A DNA stretch of 64,000 nucleotides, from the NCBI GenBank assembly GCA_942490825.1, contig CALNYG010000005.1:70240-134239 (forward strand), read 5' to 3'. Position 1 is the first letter of the stretch, and each line of letters opens with the position of its first letter. The translations under genes and the position numbers were made by a program. Below, piece by piece: positions 44,779-54,328 of the stretch. The notes under the pieces are model-generated. The model made no database searches, was not told where the DNA came from, and saw only the letters and a program-made list of their open reading frames with translations. The stretch comes from Candidatus Moraniibacteriota bacterium. Lineage in GTDB: Bacteria > Patescibacteriota > Minisyncoccia > Moranbacterales > GCA-2747515.

Positions 44779-45306
44779 ATGTTTATACCTCGAAAAATAA
44801 TGGGCGACACTGTAGCAAAAACAGGTTACGAAGCTGGTAGAAAGTCAGATTTAAGTTTTGAAACTGAACCAGATTGTAACAGTCCAGAGTATTGGTTTTG
44901 GCGATTTGGTTTTGGCTTAGGTCTGATTCACAGAAAACGTTCTAATTTATTTCTTGCTGTACTTTCAAGTGGAATACGTAACTTTCGATCGTTTTCAATT
45001 AGTAAAAAGATCGGCATGGGGATAATTTTAATAGGAATTATTAGTTCCATTTTTTTTGGAGGTCACGCATATCTTCAATTCGCCCCAATCACTGTAGTAG
45101 GAAAGATTTTAGCTGTGATCCCTACTACCATTATAACTATGTTGGTAAATGGAATGTTGTTTTTACCAGCAGGTATTTTTGATAGTATTTACGAAGAAAA
45201 AGAGGATACTGAAAAATCCTATTGGAATGGAATAATTCTCACCATCATAATTTGGTGGTTTATAATAGGAGTATTTCTATCCTCAACTGGAAAGCCTTTA
45301 TTTTAG
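44779..45306 (+). CDS. hypothetical membrane protein
   Basis: 175 aa. GGGAG SD. Three to four hydrophobic helices in the C-terminal half. No family recognised. Confidence 0.5.
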   Translation: MFIPRKIMGDTVAKTGYEAGRKSDLSFETEPDCNSPEYWFWRFGFGLGLIHRKRSNLFLAVLSSGIRNFRSFSISKKIGMGIILIGIISSIFFGGHAYLQFAPITVVGKILAVIPTTIITMLVNGMLFLPAGIFDSIYEEKEDTEKSYWNGIILTIIIWWFIIGVFLSSTGKPLF

Positions 45307-45405
45307 TTCTAAGATAAAGGTGGATAGTTCGCAAGAAACTATAAATCTTGTATCAAGGGCAGAAACAAAACAATGTTTCCGCCCTTTTTAAATTTCTCAA
45401 AAAAA

Positions 45406-47673
45406 TTATTTCAACCCTGCAAACCCCTTCGCCAATCTCTTCAAACCAAAATCCTTAAAAACAACAGTAATCACCTTATCATCCTGCGAAACAACAACAC
45501 CCTCACCAAACTTATCATGACTAACTTTCCCACCATCCTTAAACTCCTTAACATTCACAGATTCCTGAATACCACTATATTTTTTAACATTTCTTTGAAA
45601 AGAATCATTTTCTCCTCGATTTGTCCCAGATGAAAATGGCACAGTCGGAGAATTTTTTTTATTATCAAAATATTCCAAAAGATCATTTGGAATATCACCC
45701 AAGAATCTCGATGGCGGACTAGACTTCAAAGACCCAAACAAAATTCTTTGTCTTGCCGACACCAAATAAACCCGCTCTTTTGCCCTCGTAATCCCAACAT
45801 ACATCAATCTCCTCTCCTCCTCCATTTCCTCCTCATTCTGCAAAGCCCTCGAGTGTGGCATCAATCCCTCTTCCAAACCAATCACAAAAACCACCGGAAA
45901 CTCCAAACCTTTCGCACTGTGCAAAGTCATTAAATGCACCATGTCCACATCCTGATTAATGGTGTCCGTATCACTGATCAACGCCACCTCCTCCAAAAAA
46001 ATATGTAAAGAATTCTCAATACCATCATACTTCCCCGCCACAGAAAGAAGTTCCTGCACATTCTCATCTCGCGTTTCCCCTTCGATACTTCCATCCAATA
46101 AAGATTTTTTATAACCACTTTTTTCATAAACCTCTTTAATCAATTCAGTCAGTTTAATTTTTGTAGTTTCTGTATTTTTTTCAGTTTTTTCAATTCTCTG
46201 TAAATCTGGTGTAAATAAATTACCATCAATTTCAATATTTTCTAAATTGTAAGTTTGAACTTTTTTGTTTAAATTTTCAATAAACTTACAAAAGTCAGCG
46301 ATTGATTTTTGACGAGCCTTTGATTTTATAACTTTTTTAAGATGTTCACTCGCTCCGAAAACAATTGGATTCATTTCTAAACTTTTTGCACCAACAAGCC
46401 ACTGTTCTAAAGTTTTACCACCAATTCCCCGTTTCGGCTCACCTAACGCACGCTCCAAAGAAACAACATCTTTTAAATTATTAATCAATCTTAAATAGGC
46501 AATAATATCTTTAACTTCTTTTCGAGCATAAAATTTAATTCCACCAACAATTCGATAACTGATACTTTCTTTCAATAAACATTCCTCCACCGCACGGGAC
46601 TGAGCATTGGTTCTATAAAGAACAACAAAATCATTTAAACTATAATTTTTCTCTTCCACCAACCTTTTAATATTCTGAGCAATAAAACCAGCTTCCTCCT
46701 GTTCACTATTCGCTTGAAATAGAACAAGGTTTTTTCCGTCAGTTTTTTCCGTCCAAATTTTCTTTTCGCTACGACTAACATTATCTTTAATCACATGATG
46801 AGCCGCATCTAAAATTTTCTGTGTTGATCGATAATTTTGTTCTAATTTAATAATTTGAGCTTTTGGATAATCTTTTTTAAAATTTAAAATATTACTAACA
46901 TCTGCCCCACGCCAACGGTAAATCGATTGCCAGTCATCACCCACCACAAAAATATTCTGATGTTCGCTTGCTAAAAGTTTAATCAATTTATACTGAGCGT
47001 AATTAGTATCTTGATACTCATCAACTAAAATATATTGAAAACGTGCTCGATATTTTTCTAAAATTTTCGCATCTTTTTGAAATAAAATGATTGTCAATCT
47101 AATTAAATCATCAAAATCTAAACTGTTATTTTCTCGTAAATATTTTTGATAACGGTCGTAAACTTGAGAAACTTGCTCTTCATAATAACTTCCCGCTTGA
47201 CTATACAAATCTTTCGGAGATAATAAATTATTTTTTGCCCGCGAAAGACTACCGCTAACTACTTTCGGTGCAAACTGCTCAGGCGGTAATTCCATTTCTC
47301 GCAAAACTTTTTTCACCACCACTAAATGATCCTGCTGATCTAGAATTGAAAAGTCAGCACTGTAGCCTAAACCATGAATTTCTCCTCGCAAAATCCGTAC
47401 ACAAATACTATGAAAAGTTCCAATTAACGGCATAGCAAATTCACTGCCTAAATATTCAGCAACTCGCTCTTTCATTTCGCCTGCAGCCTTATTCGTAAAA
47501 GTTACAGCGAGAATGTTAAAAGGTGAAACATTTCTTTCCCTAATTAAAAAAGCCACTCGTCGAGTTAAAGCGGTTGTTTTCCCCGATCCTGCCCCAGCAA
47601 TTACCAGAAATGGTCCCTTGTCTGCCGTCACTGCTTCTTTCTGTGGATTGTTAAGATTTTGTAATAAAGTCAT
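45406..47673 (-). CDS. pcrA: ATP-dependent DNA helicase PcrA/UvrD
   Basis: 755 aa. AGAGSGKTTALTRRVA (motif I), ILVDEYQDTN (motif II), VGDDWQSIYRWRGA, TLHSAKGLEF and YVGITRAK are present. Confidence 0.94.
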   Translation of the reverse strand: MTLLQNLNNPQKEAVTADKGPFLVIAGAGSGKTTALTRRVAFLIRERNVSPFNILAVTFTNKAAGEMKERVAEYLGSEFAMPLIGTFHSICVRILRGEIHGLGYSADFSILDQQDHLVVVKKVLREMELPPEQFAPKVVSGSLSRAKNNLLSPKDLYSQAGSYYEEQVSQVYDRYQKYLRENNSLDFDDLIRLTIILFQKDAKILEKYRARFQYILVDEYQDTNYAQYKLIKLLASEHQNIFVVGDDWQSIYRWRGADVSNILNFKKDYPKAQIIKLEQNYRSTQKILDAAHHVIKDNVSRSEKKIWTEKTDGKNLVLFQANSEQEEAGFIAQNIKRLVEEKNYSLNDFVVLYRTNAQSRAVEECLLKESISYRIVGGIKFYARKEVKDIIAYLRLINNLKDVVSLERALGEPKRGIGGKTLEQWLVGAKSLEMNPIVFGASEHLKKVIKSKARQKSIADFCKFIENLNKKVQTYNLENIEIDGNLFTPDLQRIEKTEKNTETTKIKLTELIKEVYEKSGYKKSLLDGSIEGETRDENVQELLSVAGKYDGIENSLHIFLEEVALISDTDTINQDVDMVHLMTLHSAKGLEFPVVFVIGLEEGLMPHSRALQNEEEMEEERRLMYVGITRAKERVYLVSARQRILFGSLKSSPPSRFLGDIPNDLLEYFDNKKNSPTVPFSSGTNRGENDSFQRNVKKYSGIQESVNVKEFKDGGKVSHDKFGEGVVVSQDDKVITVVFKDFGLKRLAKGFAGLK

Positions 47674-47723
47674 GTTATAATTGAAGAATTATGATTTAAG
47701 AATTACGAATTTTAAAATTTTAT

Positions 47724-47872
47724 GTCATTCTGAACGGATTTGTTTTTTCGTTAGAAAAAATAAAGAAGTGAAGAATCCCCTACAGAAATTCACAAAACCT
47801 TAAAATAAAATATCAGAAAAACTTACTGAGATTGCCACGTCGTCGCTTCGCGTCTCCTCGCAATGACGTGAT
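47724..47872. repeat. hybrid MITE (GTCATTCTGAACG left end, CTCGCAATGACGTG right end)
   Basis: Shares the core GAAGTGAAGAATCCCCTACAGAAATTCACAAAACCTTAAAATAAAATATCAGAAAAACTTACTGAGATT with 15304-15463. Its right arm is the inverted counterpart of 49545-49600. Confidence 0.7.
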
Positions 47873-47884
47873 GTACTTAACGCA

Positions 47885-49537
47885 ATGTATTTAATTATAA
47901 CATCAATTCAAAAAATGACTCGATTACAAAAAATAAAGCAAAAGATTGAAAAAATAGAAAACCAGCCAATTAAATTCGAAGTTTGGTTAATTTTATTTAC
48001 GGCTATAATTTTAGTCAGGCTTTGCGAAGAAATTTTTTTAAATATCAAGGATGTGCAAACAAATGCTTTTATTTGGCACGACTTTGTTCATATTTTTTTA
48101 GTTTTTGCTTTTGTAAATCTAACCGCTTATTATCTTTTTAAAAAAACTTTAAAAATTAGTTCACGAGCTTTTTTGAATCTAAGCTTAATTGGAACATTTC
48201 TTTTATCAATCGTGCCACCTTTTTTAGATTTCTTTTTTTCTAAAAAATATTCAATGATAAATTTCTATGAATTTTATAGTTTAAAAGAATGTTTCATTAA
48301 TTTTTTCACTTTTCTCCATCAAGATCCGTTAATTGGCACAACACCAGGACAAAGAATTGGAATTCTAATTTCTATGATTGTAGTCGGTCTTTACACTTTT
48401 TTAAAAAGCTCTAAAATTTCGATCTCTGTAATTAATTCTATAATTTTTTACGCCATCTTTTATTTTGTTTCTACGCTTCCCTCTTGGATAACATTTTTAG
48501 TGAAAGGTTTTGATTCATCTCGAACTGACGTGGCAACTTTATTTTTTGCACCAAAAGATTTTTTAAATCAAGCACCTTTTTCAATAAATATAGTTTTACA
48601 TAAAAAAATTATTTTTACGTACATCATTTTATTAACAATCACTTCTTGTATTATTTTCGCAAAAAATAAACTCTTTCAAGAGTTATTAAAAAATATTCGT
48701 CCAATTCAAGCTATCTATCATTTAGGATTGTTTTCTATTGGTTCGGGAATGGCAATCATTTTTGGTGAAATAATTAATATTTTTAGCTTTTTTAACATAA
48801 TTGCTTTGATCACAATGTTTTTAATTATCGTGGCAATGTGGTTTAGTTCGGTTATTGTTAATGATTATTTTGATGAAAAAATTGACGAAATTAGTAATCC
48901 GGAACGACCTTTGTTTTTAAACATTATTGAGAAAAGTGATTATTTAAAAATTGGAATATTTGTTTTTGCTTTTGCTATTATAATGTCTTTACTAATTAAT
49001 CCAAAAATTACTCTTTTATTGTGTTTCTACTATGCTTTAACTTTAATTTATAATGTTCCACCGTTAAGACTGAAAAAAGTCCCTCTTGTGGCAACTTTCA
49101 CTTCAGCACTGGCATCAATGTTGGTTATTTTTTCGGGATATTTAATGATCACTTCGGAAAATAATCTGAGTAACTTTCCGATAAATATTATTTATTTAAT
49201 TTTAATTACTTTTACAATTTCCTTGCCGTTGAAAGATTTTAAGGATATTAAGGGCGATAAAAAAAATGGTGTTTTAACAATCCCAGTAATTTTTGGCGAA
49301 AAGTTAGCACGATTGATAGTTGGGATTAGCGTTTTCATTTCTTTTGTGTTGAGTGTTTATTTTTTAAATGAAGGTAGATTGATTTTTCCTGCTTTAGTTT
49401 CTGGTTGCTTGAGCTTTTTAGTGATTAATTTTAATAAAAAGTTAGGATTTCTTATTAGTACTAGAAAAATTACACCAATTATTTTTGGTCTAGTCCTTAT
49501 TTATGGAATAATTTTAGTTTCGATTATTTTTCTTTAA
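47885..49537 (+). CDS. UbiA-family prenyltransferase with a long N-terminal polytopic extension
   Basis: 550 aa. The C-terminal half has NDYFDEKIDEISNPERPL (NDxxDxxxD) and a second Asp-rich region (DFKDIKGDKKNG). About 15 predicted TM helices overall. Confidence 0.78.
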   Translation: MYLIITSIQKMTRLQKIKQKIEKIENQPIKFEVWLILFTAIILVRLCEEIFLNIKDVQTNAFIWHDFVHIFLVFAFVNLTAYYLFKKTLKISSRAFLNLSLIGTFLLSIVPPFLDFFFSKKYSMINFYEFYSLKECFINFFTFLHQDPLIGTTPGQRIGILISMIVVGLYTFLKSSKISISVINSIIFYAIFYFVSTLPSWITFLVKGFDSSRTDVATLFFAPKDFLNQAPFSINIVLHKKIIFTYIILLTITSCIIFAKNKLFQELLKNIRPIQAIYHLGLFSIGSGMAIIFGEIINIFSFFNIIALITMFLIIVAMWFSSVIVNDYFDEKIDEISNPERPLFLNIIEKSDYLKIGIFVFAFAIIMSLLINPKITLLLCFYYALTLIYNVPPLRLKKVPLVATFTSALASMLVIFSGYLMITSENNLSNFPINIIYLILITFTISLPLKDFKDIKGDKKNGVLTIPVIFGEKLARLIVGISVFISFVLSVYFLNEGRLIFPALVSGCLSFLVINFNKKLGFLISTRKITPIIFGLVLIYGIILVSIIFL

Positions 49538-49544
49538 ATAATTC

Positions 49545-49814
49545 ACGTCATTGCGAGGAGCGACCATAGGGAGAGACGTGGCAATCTCGATAAGACTTGA
49601 AATAAATTTAAATATCGAAAAAAAACTTGTGCCGGAAGTAGTGTGTCGAAGACCACTGCTTTCGTAACATTCTTGCCGATTTGGCGGACAGGTCGAAACG
49701 GGTGGTCTAGCGACACACCTATTCCGGAAAAATATAACTTTTCGTTCATCATAGGGCAGGTACAAGACACTACCCCTACAATTCTGTAGTGAACGGTTTC
49801 AAACCGTTCACTAC
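49545..49814. repeat. mosaic repeat cluster
   Basis: Contains the MITE end CACGTCATTGCGAGGAG (49545-49560), the 97-bp palindromic element (49631-49727, inverted), a class-D hairpin ending CCCCTAC (49752-49778), and GTAGTGAACGGTTTCAAACCGTTCACTAC (49786-49814). Confidence 0.8.
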
Positions 49815-49880
49815 GAACCGATAACGTTTTACAAAAACAAAAAAGCTCTGCAATAAAGCAGAACTTTTTTGTTTATCTTG

Positions 49881-49952
49881 TCGGGGTACAGAGACTCGAA
49901 CTCTGACTAAATCGTCCCAAACGACTCGTGCTAGCCATTACACTATACCCCG
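49881..49952 (-). tRNA. tRNA-Pro (anticodon TGG)
   Basis: The minus strand reads CGGGGTA TA GTGT AATGGCTA GCAC G AGTCG TTTGGGA CGATT .. CAGAG TTCGAGT CTCTG TACCCCG A. The cloverleaf is canonical, with U33, G37 and anticodon UGG. Confidence 0.9.
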
Positions 49953-50099
49953 TTGATTCACTAATTCACTATCATATTGTATAACTTTTTTGAAAAAAAA
50001 TCAAGGTTATTGACTAAGAATACCTTTAAAGTTATAATAAATTTCTTATGTAAGATTGATTTCTTATATAATTTAATTAGTGAAAGTAATAATATTTTT

Positions 50100-50708
50100 A
50101 TGAAAAATGGAGTTATAGAGAAAATAGCTATTACAGTTGGTATAATTTTTGTGATTGCTATTGGTGTATTTATTTTTGTTCTTAAGAAAGAAAATGATAT
50201 TAATAAGATAGTAAATGTTGAGAAAAAAGTGAAAGAAGTTAAGAAAGAAGAAATTGTAAAAAAAGATGATAAAGTTGATGTAGCAATTGATGATGAATTT
50301 AGTGATTGGAAAACCTATGAGGATGAAGAATATGGATTTGAATTTAAATATCCTTCAGATTTTTCTATTAAAAAAGAGAAGTTTATGTCGGGTGATTTTG
50401 TAGCTATAGAAAAAATATCAGATAATGGTAAAATTAGTTTTCATGTTGATGTTAATACTGATGGATTTGGTCCAATATTTTATGATAAAACTTTTATTTT
50501 AGAAAATAAATCAGGAAATCTTGTTGTAAAGTCAGAAAAAATTATTGACAAAGATGAGTGGAGTGATGATGGCAGATTTATTGCAGGCACACCTGAAAAA
50601 ATAAATTTTAAGGAAGACATGTATAATTTTGGATATTCTTATAGTGAAAAAGATGATTTGGATATCTTACTTAAGAAAATACTTTCTACTTTTAAATTTT
50701 CAGAATAA
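50100..50708 (+). CDS. signal-anchored secreted protein, paralog 1
   Basis: The start is trimmed to ATG 50100 (MKNGVIEKIAITVGIIFVIAIGVFIFVLKKENDIN). It has one TM helix, a K/E-rich linker and a motif SDWKTYEDEEYGFEFKYP. Confidence 0.6.
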   Translation: MKNGVIEKIAITVGIIFVIAIGVFIFVLKKENDINKIVNVEKKVKEVKKEEIVKKDDKVDVAIDDEFSDWKTYEDEEYGFEFKYPSDFSIKKEKFMSGDFVAIEKISDNGKISFHVDVNTDGFGPIFYDKTFILENKSGNLVVKSEKIIDKDEWSDDGRFIAGTPEKINFKEDMYNFGYSYSEKDDLDILLKKILSTFKFSE

Positions 50709-50730
50709 ATTAATTAATAATAAAATTTTT

Positions 50731-51345
50731 ATGAAAAATAAGTTAATGGAGAAAATAGCTATTACAGTTGGTATAATTTTTGTGATTGCTATTGGTGTAT
50801 TTATTTTTGTTCTTAAGAAAGAAAATGATATTAATCAAGGAGAAATAATTCTTGATAAAATTGTAAAAACTGAAAAAGTAACTAAAAAGGATATTGAGAA
50901 AATTGAAGAAAAAACTATTGAAAGTGAGGAAATTGAAAAGGAAAAAATTGTTGATGAAATAGCTGATTGGAATACTTATAAAAATGAAAAGTATGGTTTT
51001 GAAATGAAATACCCTGATTCAATGCCTATCATTTCTACTAAAGAAGAAGTTTTTGATGGAGAGGATAGAGTTTCTTTAATGGTTCATGTAAATGACTGGG
51101 GTAAGGAAGAGAAATTCCCATTATTTTCCGTTTTTATATGGAATAAAAATACTTATCAAGAGTTGATAAATTCTGATAGTTATTCAGGTGTGAGATATCA
51201 GGATGGTACAGCTATAACTTTTGAAAAAGAAGATAAGGTTTATGAATTATCATTTGGTGGACAAGATGCTCCCAAAATTATAATGGATTTTATTAAATCT
51301 GATGATTATCGCAAAATGGAGAATTCTTTTAAATCTTCTAACTAG
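50731..51345 (+). CDS. signal-anchored secreted protein, paralog 2
   Basis: The start is trimmed to ATG 50731 (MKNKLMEKIAITVGIIFVIAIGVFIFVLKKENDIN). Its motif is ADWNTYKNEKYGFEMKYP. It is a tandem paralog of the preceding gene. Confidence 0.6.
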   Translation: MKNKLMEKIAITVGIIFVIAIGVFIFVLKKENDINQGEIILDKIVKTEKVTKKDIEKIEEKTIESEEIEKEKIVDEIADWNTYKNEKYGFEMKYPDSMPIISTKEEVFDGEDRVSLMVHVNDWGKEEKFPLFSVFIWNKNTYQELINSDSYSGVRYQDGTAITFEKEDKVYELSFGGQDAPKIIMDFIKSDDYRKMENSFKSSN

Positions 51346-51420
51346 TATTTATAAAGATTAAATTTAAAACCACTTTAGAAATAAAGTGGTTTTTTATTTT
51401 TACAAAAAACTTTAATTGCT

Positions 51421-51598
51421 AGTTCAATTGTCCTCGATTGAACTATTTTTTTATCCCAAATTTTAAATTTTATAAAAAACTTAAAATGTAAAATGAATTT
51501 TTGAAGTGATATAAACAAGAAAGTTCAATCTACAAGATTGAACCAACACTAGAAGTTTAAAAATCCCGTGCGACAAGCCTACCTGTTCGGCAGACAGG
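51421..51598. repeat. two-hairpin element plus degenerate 17-mer plus CCTGTTCGGCAGACAGG hairpin
   Basis: Hairpin A AGTTCAATTGTCCTCGATTGAACT lies at 51421-51444 and hairpin B GTTCAATCTACAAGATTGAAC at 51523-51544. The element is roughly 90% identical by eye to 54329-54452. It is followed by TCCCGTGCGACAAGC (51565-51579). Confidence 0.8.
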
Positions 51599-51841
51599 CA
51601 CAAAAAATATAAATAACAAAACTTTCAATTTTTCGTAAATCTTCAATAAAACACTAGCAAACCACTTGCAAAATATCCATTTTAATGATAGATTAAATAA
51701 AGATAACCATCGGCTAGATCGATGGATTTTTTAAGGTTACGCTATTTAATTATTAAAGCATTTGTCAGCGTCAAATGCACAATCCATATTTCAATCAACA
51801 AAGTTAAAAAACTAAGTGGTTGAAATTGTGGAAAAAACTTT

Positions 51842-53137
51842 ATGTCAAAAGCAAAAGATCTTTTAGATAAGATTGTGAGCGAAGTGAAAGGAGAAGACGA
51901 AAAGAAAAAAGCTTCAGAAAAAAAAGTTGAAGTAAAAGAAATTGTAATAAATGAAAATGCGTCAATGGAAGAATTGATGCAAACAGCAGTTAGTGATTCA
52001 GACTTTATTAAAGTAGGAGATATTATCGAAGGTTCAGTTATAGATATTAGCGCTAATGTAACTCTTTTAGACATTGGTCCGATTGGAACAGGTATGGTAG
52101 TAGGACGAGAAGCTAAAAGTGGTTTGGCTGAGGATGACAAAGTAACAGTTGGCTCAATGGTTACTGCAATGGTAACTGATCTAGATAATGATGAAGGAAG
52201 CATTGAACTTTCTATTCGAGAAGCTGCTTATGGACGAGCTTGGGATGATTTAGAAGCGAAAAAAGAAAGTAAGGAAACAGTTCCTACTAAGATTTTGGAT
52301 GCTAACCGAGGTGGTTTGATGATCGAAATTAACGGAATTACTGGATTTTTACCAGTTTCTCAACTTGCTAGTGAAAACTATCCTCGTGTAGAAGATGGTG
52401 ATAAAAATAAGATTTTAGAAATCTTGAAAGCTTTAATTGGACGAGAACTAGGTGTTCGAATTTTAGATATTGATCAAGAAGAAGAGAAGTTGATTGTTTC
52501 AGAGAAAGCTGCACACAGTGAGAAAGAACGTCAGGTTATTGCTGATCTTTCTGTTGGTGATGAAATTGAAGGTTATGTTAGTGGCGTAGTTGACTTTGGT
52601 GCATTTATTAAATTTTCTCCAAAAGGTACAGATGAATCTAAAAACTTGGAAGGATTGGTACATATTAGTGAGTTGGCATGGCAATTGATCGATAATCCTC
52701 GTGAGATTATTAAAGTTAATGATAAAGTTAAGGCGAAAATTATCGGCATTGATGACACTCGAATTTCACTTTCAATTAAGGCTTTAACTAAAGATCCTTG
52801 GAGTATTATTGAAGAGAAATATCAAGTTGGCGAGCTTTATAATGGAAAGGTTGATAAAATTAATCATTTCGGAGCTTTTGTTTACTTAGATAGTGATATT
52901 CACGGACTTGCTCATATTAGCGAATTTCAAGAGTCTTTCCCTGGAAAGAAATTGGAAGATAAACTTGAAAGCGGAAAGGAATACATGTGGAAAGTTATTT
53001 CAATTGAATCTAAGTCTCATAGAATGGGTCTGGTTTTAGTTGATGAAAAGGCGGAGAAAAAGAAGAAAGAAAAAGAAGCTAAAGAGGTTAAAAAAGAAGT
53101 CACACCTAAAGACAAAGAAAAGTCTGAAGATAAATAA
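51842..53137 (+). CDS. rpsA: 30S ribosomal protein S1
   Basis: 431 aa with four recognisable S1 OB-fold repeats (e.g. GDIIEGSVIDIS, GLMIEINGITGFLPVSQL, GDEIEGYVSGVVDFGAFIKF, GELYNGKVDKINHFGAFVYL) and a Lys-rich tail. Confidence 0.9.
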   Translation: MSKAKDLLDKIVSEVKGEDEKKKASEKKVEVKEIVINENASMEELMQTAVSDSDFIKVGDIIEGSVIDISANVTLLDIGPIGTGMVVGREAKSGLAEDDKVTVGSMVTAMVTDLDNDEGSIELSIREAAYGRAWDDLEAKKESKETVPTKILDANRGGLMIEINGITGFLPVSQLASENYPRVEDGDKNKILEILKALIGRELGVRILDIDQEEEKLIVSEKAAHSEKERQVIADLSVGDEIEGYVSGVVDFGAFIKFSPKGTDESKNLEGLVHISELAWQLIDNPREIIKVNDKVKAKIIGIDDTRISLSIKALTKDPWSIIEEKYQVGELYNGKVDKINHFGAFVYLDSDIHGLAHISEFQESFPGKKLEDKLESGKEYMWKVISIESKSHRMGLVLVDEKAEKKKKEKEAKEVKKEVTPKDKEKSEDK

Positions 53138-53141
53138 TAAA

Positions 53142-53165
53142 AGCGCGCCTTCGGGCGCGTTTTTG
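53142..53165 (+). terminator. rho-independent terminator after rpsA
   Basis: Stem AGCGCGCC, loop TTCG, stem GGCGCGT, followed by T5. Confidence 0.85.
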
Positions 53166-53191
53166 CTTTTAAGTAACTTTATTTTAATTTT

Positions 53192-53746
53192 ATGATAATT
53201 ACAATAACAGGAGATGCTGGTGCTGGTAAAAGCACTCTTGGTGAAACGTTAGCTGAAAAATTGAACTTTGATAGATATTACATGGGACAAATTCTTCGTG
53301 ACCTAGCGAAGAAAAAAGGGATGACGTTGGTTGAATTATTGAAATATGGAGAAAGTCATTCTGAAATTGATAATGAAATTGATGATTATCAGAAACACTT
53401 AGGAGAAGAAAAAGACAATTTTATTATTGAGGGTAGGACAAGTTGGTTTTTAATTCCTCATTCTATTAAGCTTTACATTAAGGTTGATCCTAAAGTTGGA
53501 GCGGAAAGAATATTTAAAGATTTACAGCACGAAAATAAAAGAAACGAAGGGTCTAATTTAAATACTGTTGATGATGTTTTGAAAAATAGTCAAAAAAGGA
53601 GAAAAAGTGATGATATGAGATATAAGAAGTATTATGATAAAGATTGTTTCAATGAGGATAACTTTGATTTAGTAGTTAATACTACGAAAATGACTCCTGA
53701 AGAAGTACTTGATAAGATTTTAGAGTTTGTTGAAACAAAAAAATAA
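53192..53746 (+). CDS. cmk: (d)CMP kinase (short/archaeal-like type)
   Basis: 184 aa. The P-loop MIITITGDAGAGKST fits the short-type CMP kinase family, and the gene follows rpsA on the same strand. Confidence 0.8.
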   Translation: MIITITGDAGAGKSTLGETLAEKLNFDRYYMGQILRDLAKKKGMTLVELLKYGESHSEIDNEIDDYQKHLGEEKDNFIIEGRTSWFLIPHSIKLYIKVDPKVGAERIFKDLQHENKRNEGSNLNTVDDVLKNSQKRRKSDDMRYKKYYDKDCFNEDNFDLVVNTTKMTPEEVLDKILEFVETKK

Positions 53747-53835
53747 CTTTTAAATTACTATTTTTAAAAAGCTTCAGTTGTAAAAACTGAGGCTTTTTGT
53801 TATTATTAATATACAATTAATTTAAAATAAAAAAT

Positions 53836-54261
53836 ATGGAAGAAAATAGTTTACAAGAAATTAAAAGGCCTTGGCAAGGAACAACTTGGGCGTGGATAAC
53901 AACTATTTATTTAGCAATAGGCATAATAGGAGCAGTATTTCTTTCTTTAAGTTTTTTACTCATAGGATCAAAAAGAATATTTGAAAATGACAATAATCTT
54001 ACCCTGATAATATTAGGGATAATCATTTTTATATTATTAATTGTAATTCCGCTTCTTTTATTATTATACTTTGTCATAAAAGGATTTTTTAGAGGTTGGA
54101 AATGGGCTGTAATCGTAGCTATTATTTTAGAAATTTTAAGTTTAATTGGTAGCTTAATTAATTTAGAAAAGACTAGTTTTTTTGGTTTTTTATTTTCTGG
54201 ATTTATGTTATATCTAGCAATTGCTTGTGTGCAACATCCATTTTACAATAAGAAAAAATAA
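53836..54261 (+). CDS. hypothetical membrane protein
   Basis: 141 aa with four hydrophobic helices. A terminator hairpin (CTGTGATTTTCACAG plus T run) follows. Confidence 0.45.
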   Translation: MEENSLQEIKRPWQGTTWAWITTIYLAIGIIGAVFLSLSFLLIGSKRIFENDNNLTLIILGIIIFILLIVIPLLLLLYFVIKGFFRGWKWAVIVAIILEILSLIGSLINLEKTSFFGFLFSGFMLYLAIACVQHPFYNKKK

Positions 54262-54328
54262 CTCATTCAAAAACAAGACTTCATAAAACTCTGTGATTTT
54301 CACAGGGTTTTATTTTTAAAAAATTGCT

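Noticed and set aside
47856-49600. The UbiA-family gene, bracketed by inverted repeats of about 50 bp (..CTCCTCGCAATGACGTG | gene | CACGTCATTGCGAGGAG..), could be a mobile cassette.
   Set aside because: The conserved MITE termini (..AATGAC) point toward the gene, not away from it. The gene therefore lies between the outer ends of two separate MITE insertions rather than inside one element.
51680-51841. The short hairpin CCATCG-GCTAGAT-CGATGG followed by T6 (about 51708-51735), and GCATTTG-TCAGCGT-CAAATGC upstream of rpsA, could be an attenuator or S1 autoregulatory leader.
   Set aside because: This is plausible, but it rests on only two small hairpins with no conserved motif I can recognise. 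The evidence is insufficient to call a regulatory element.
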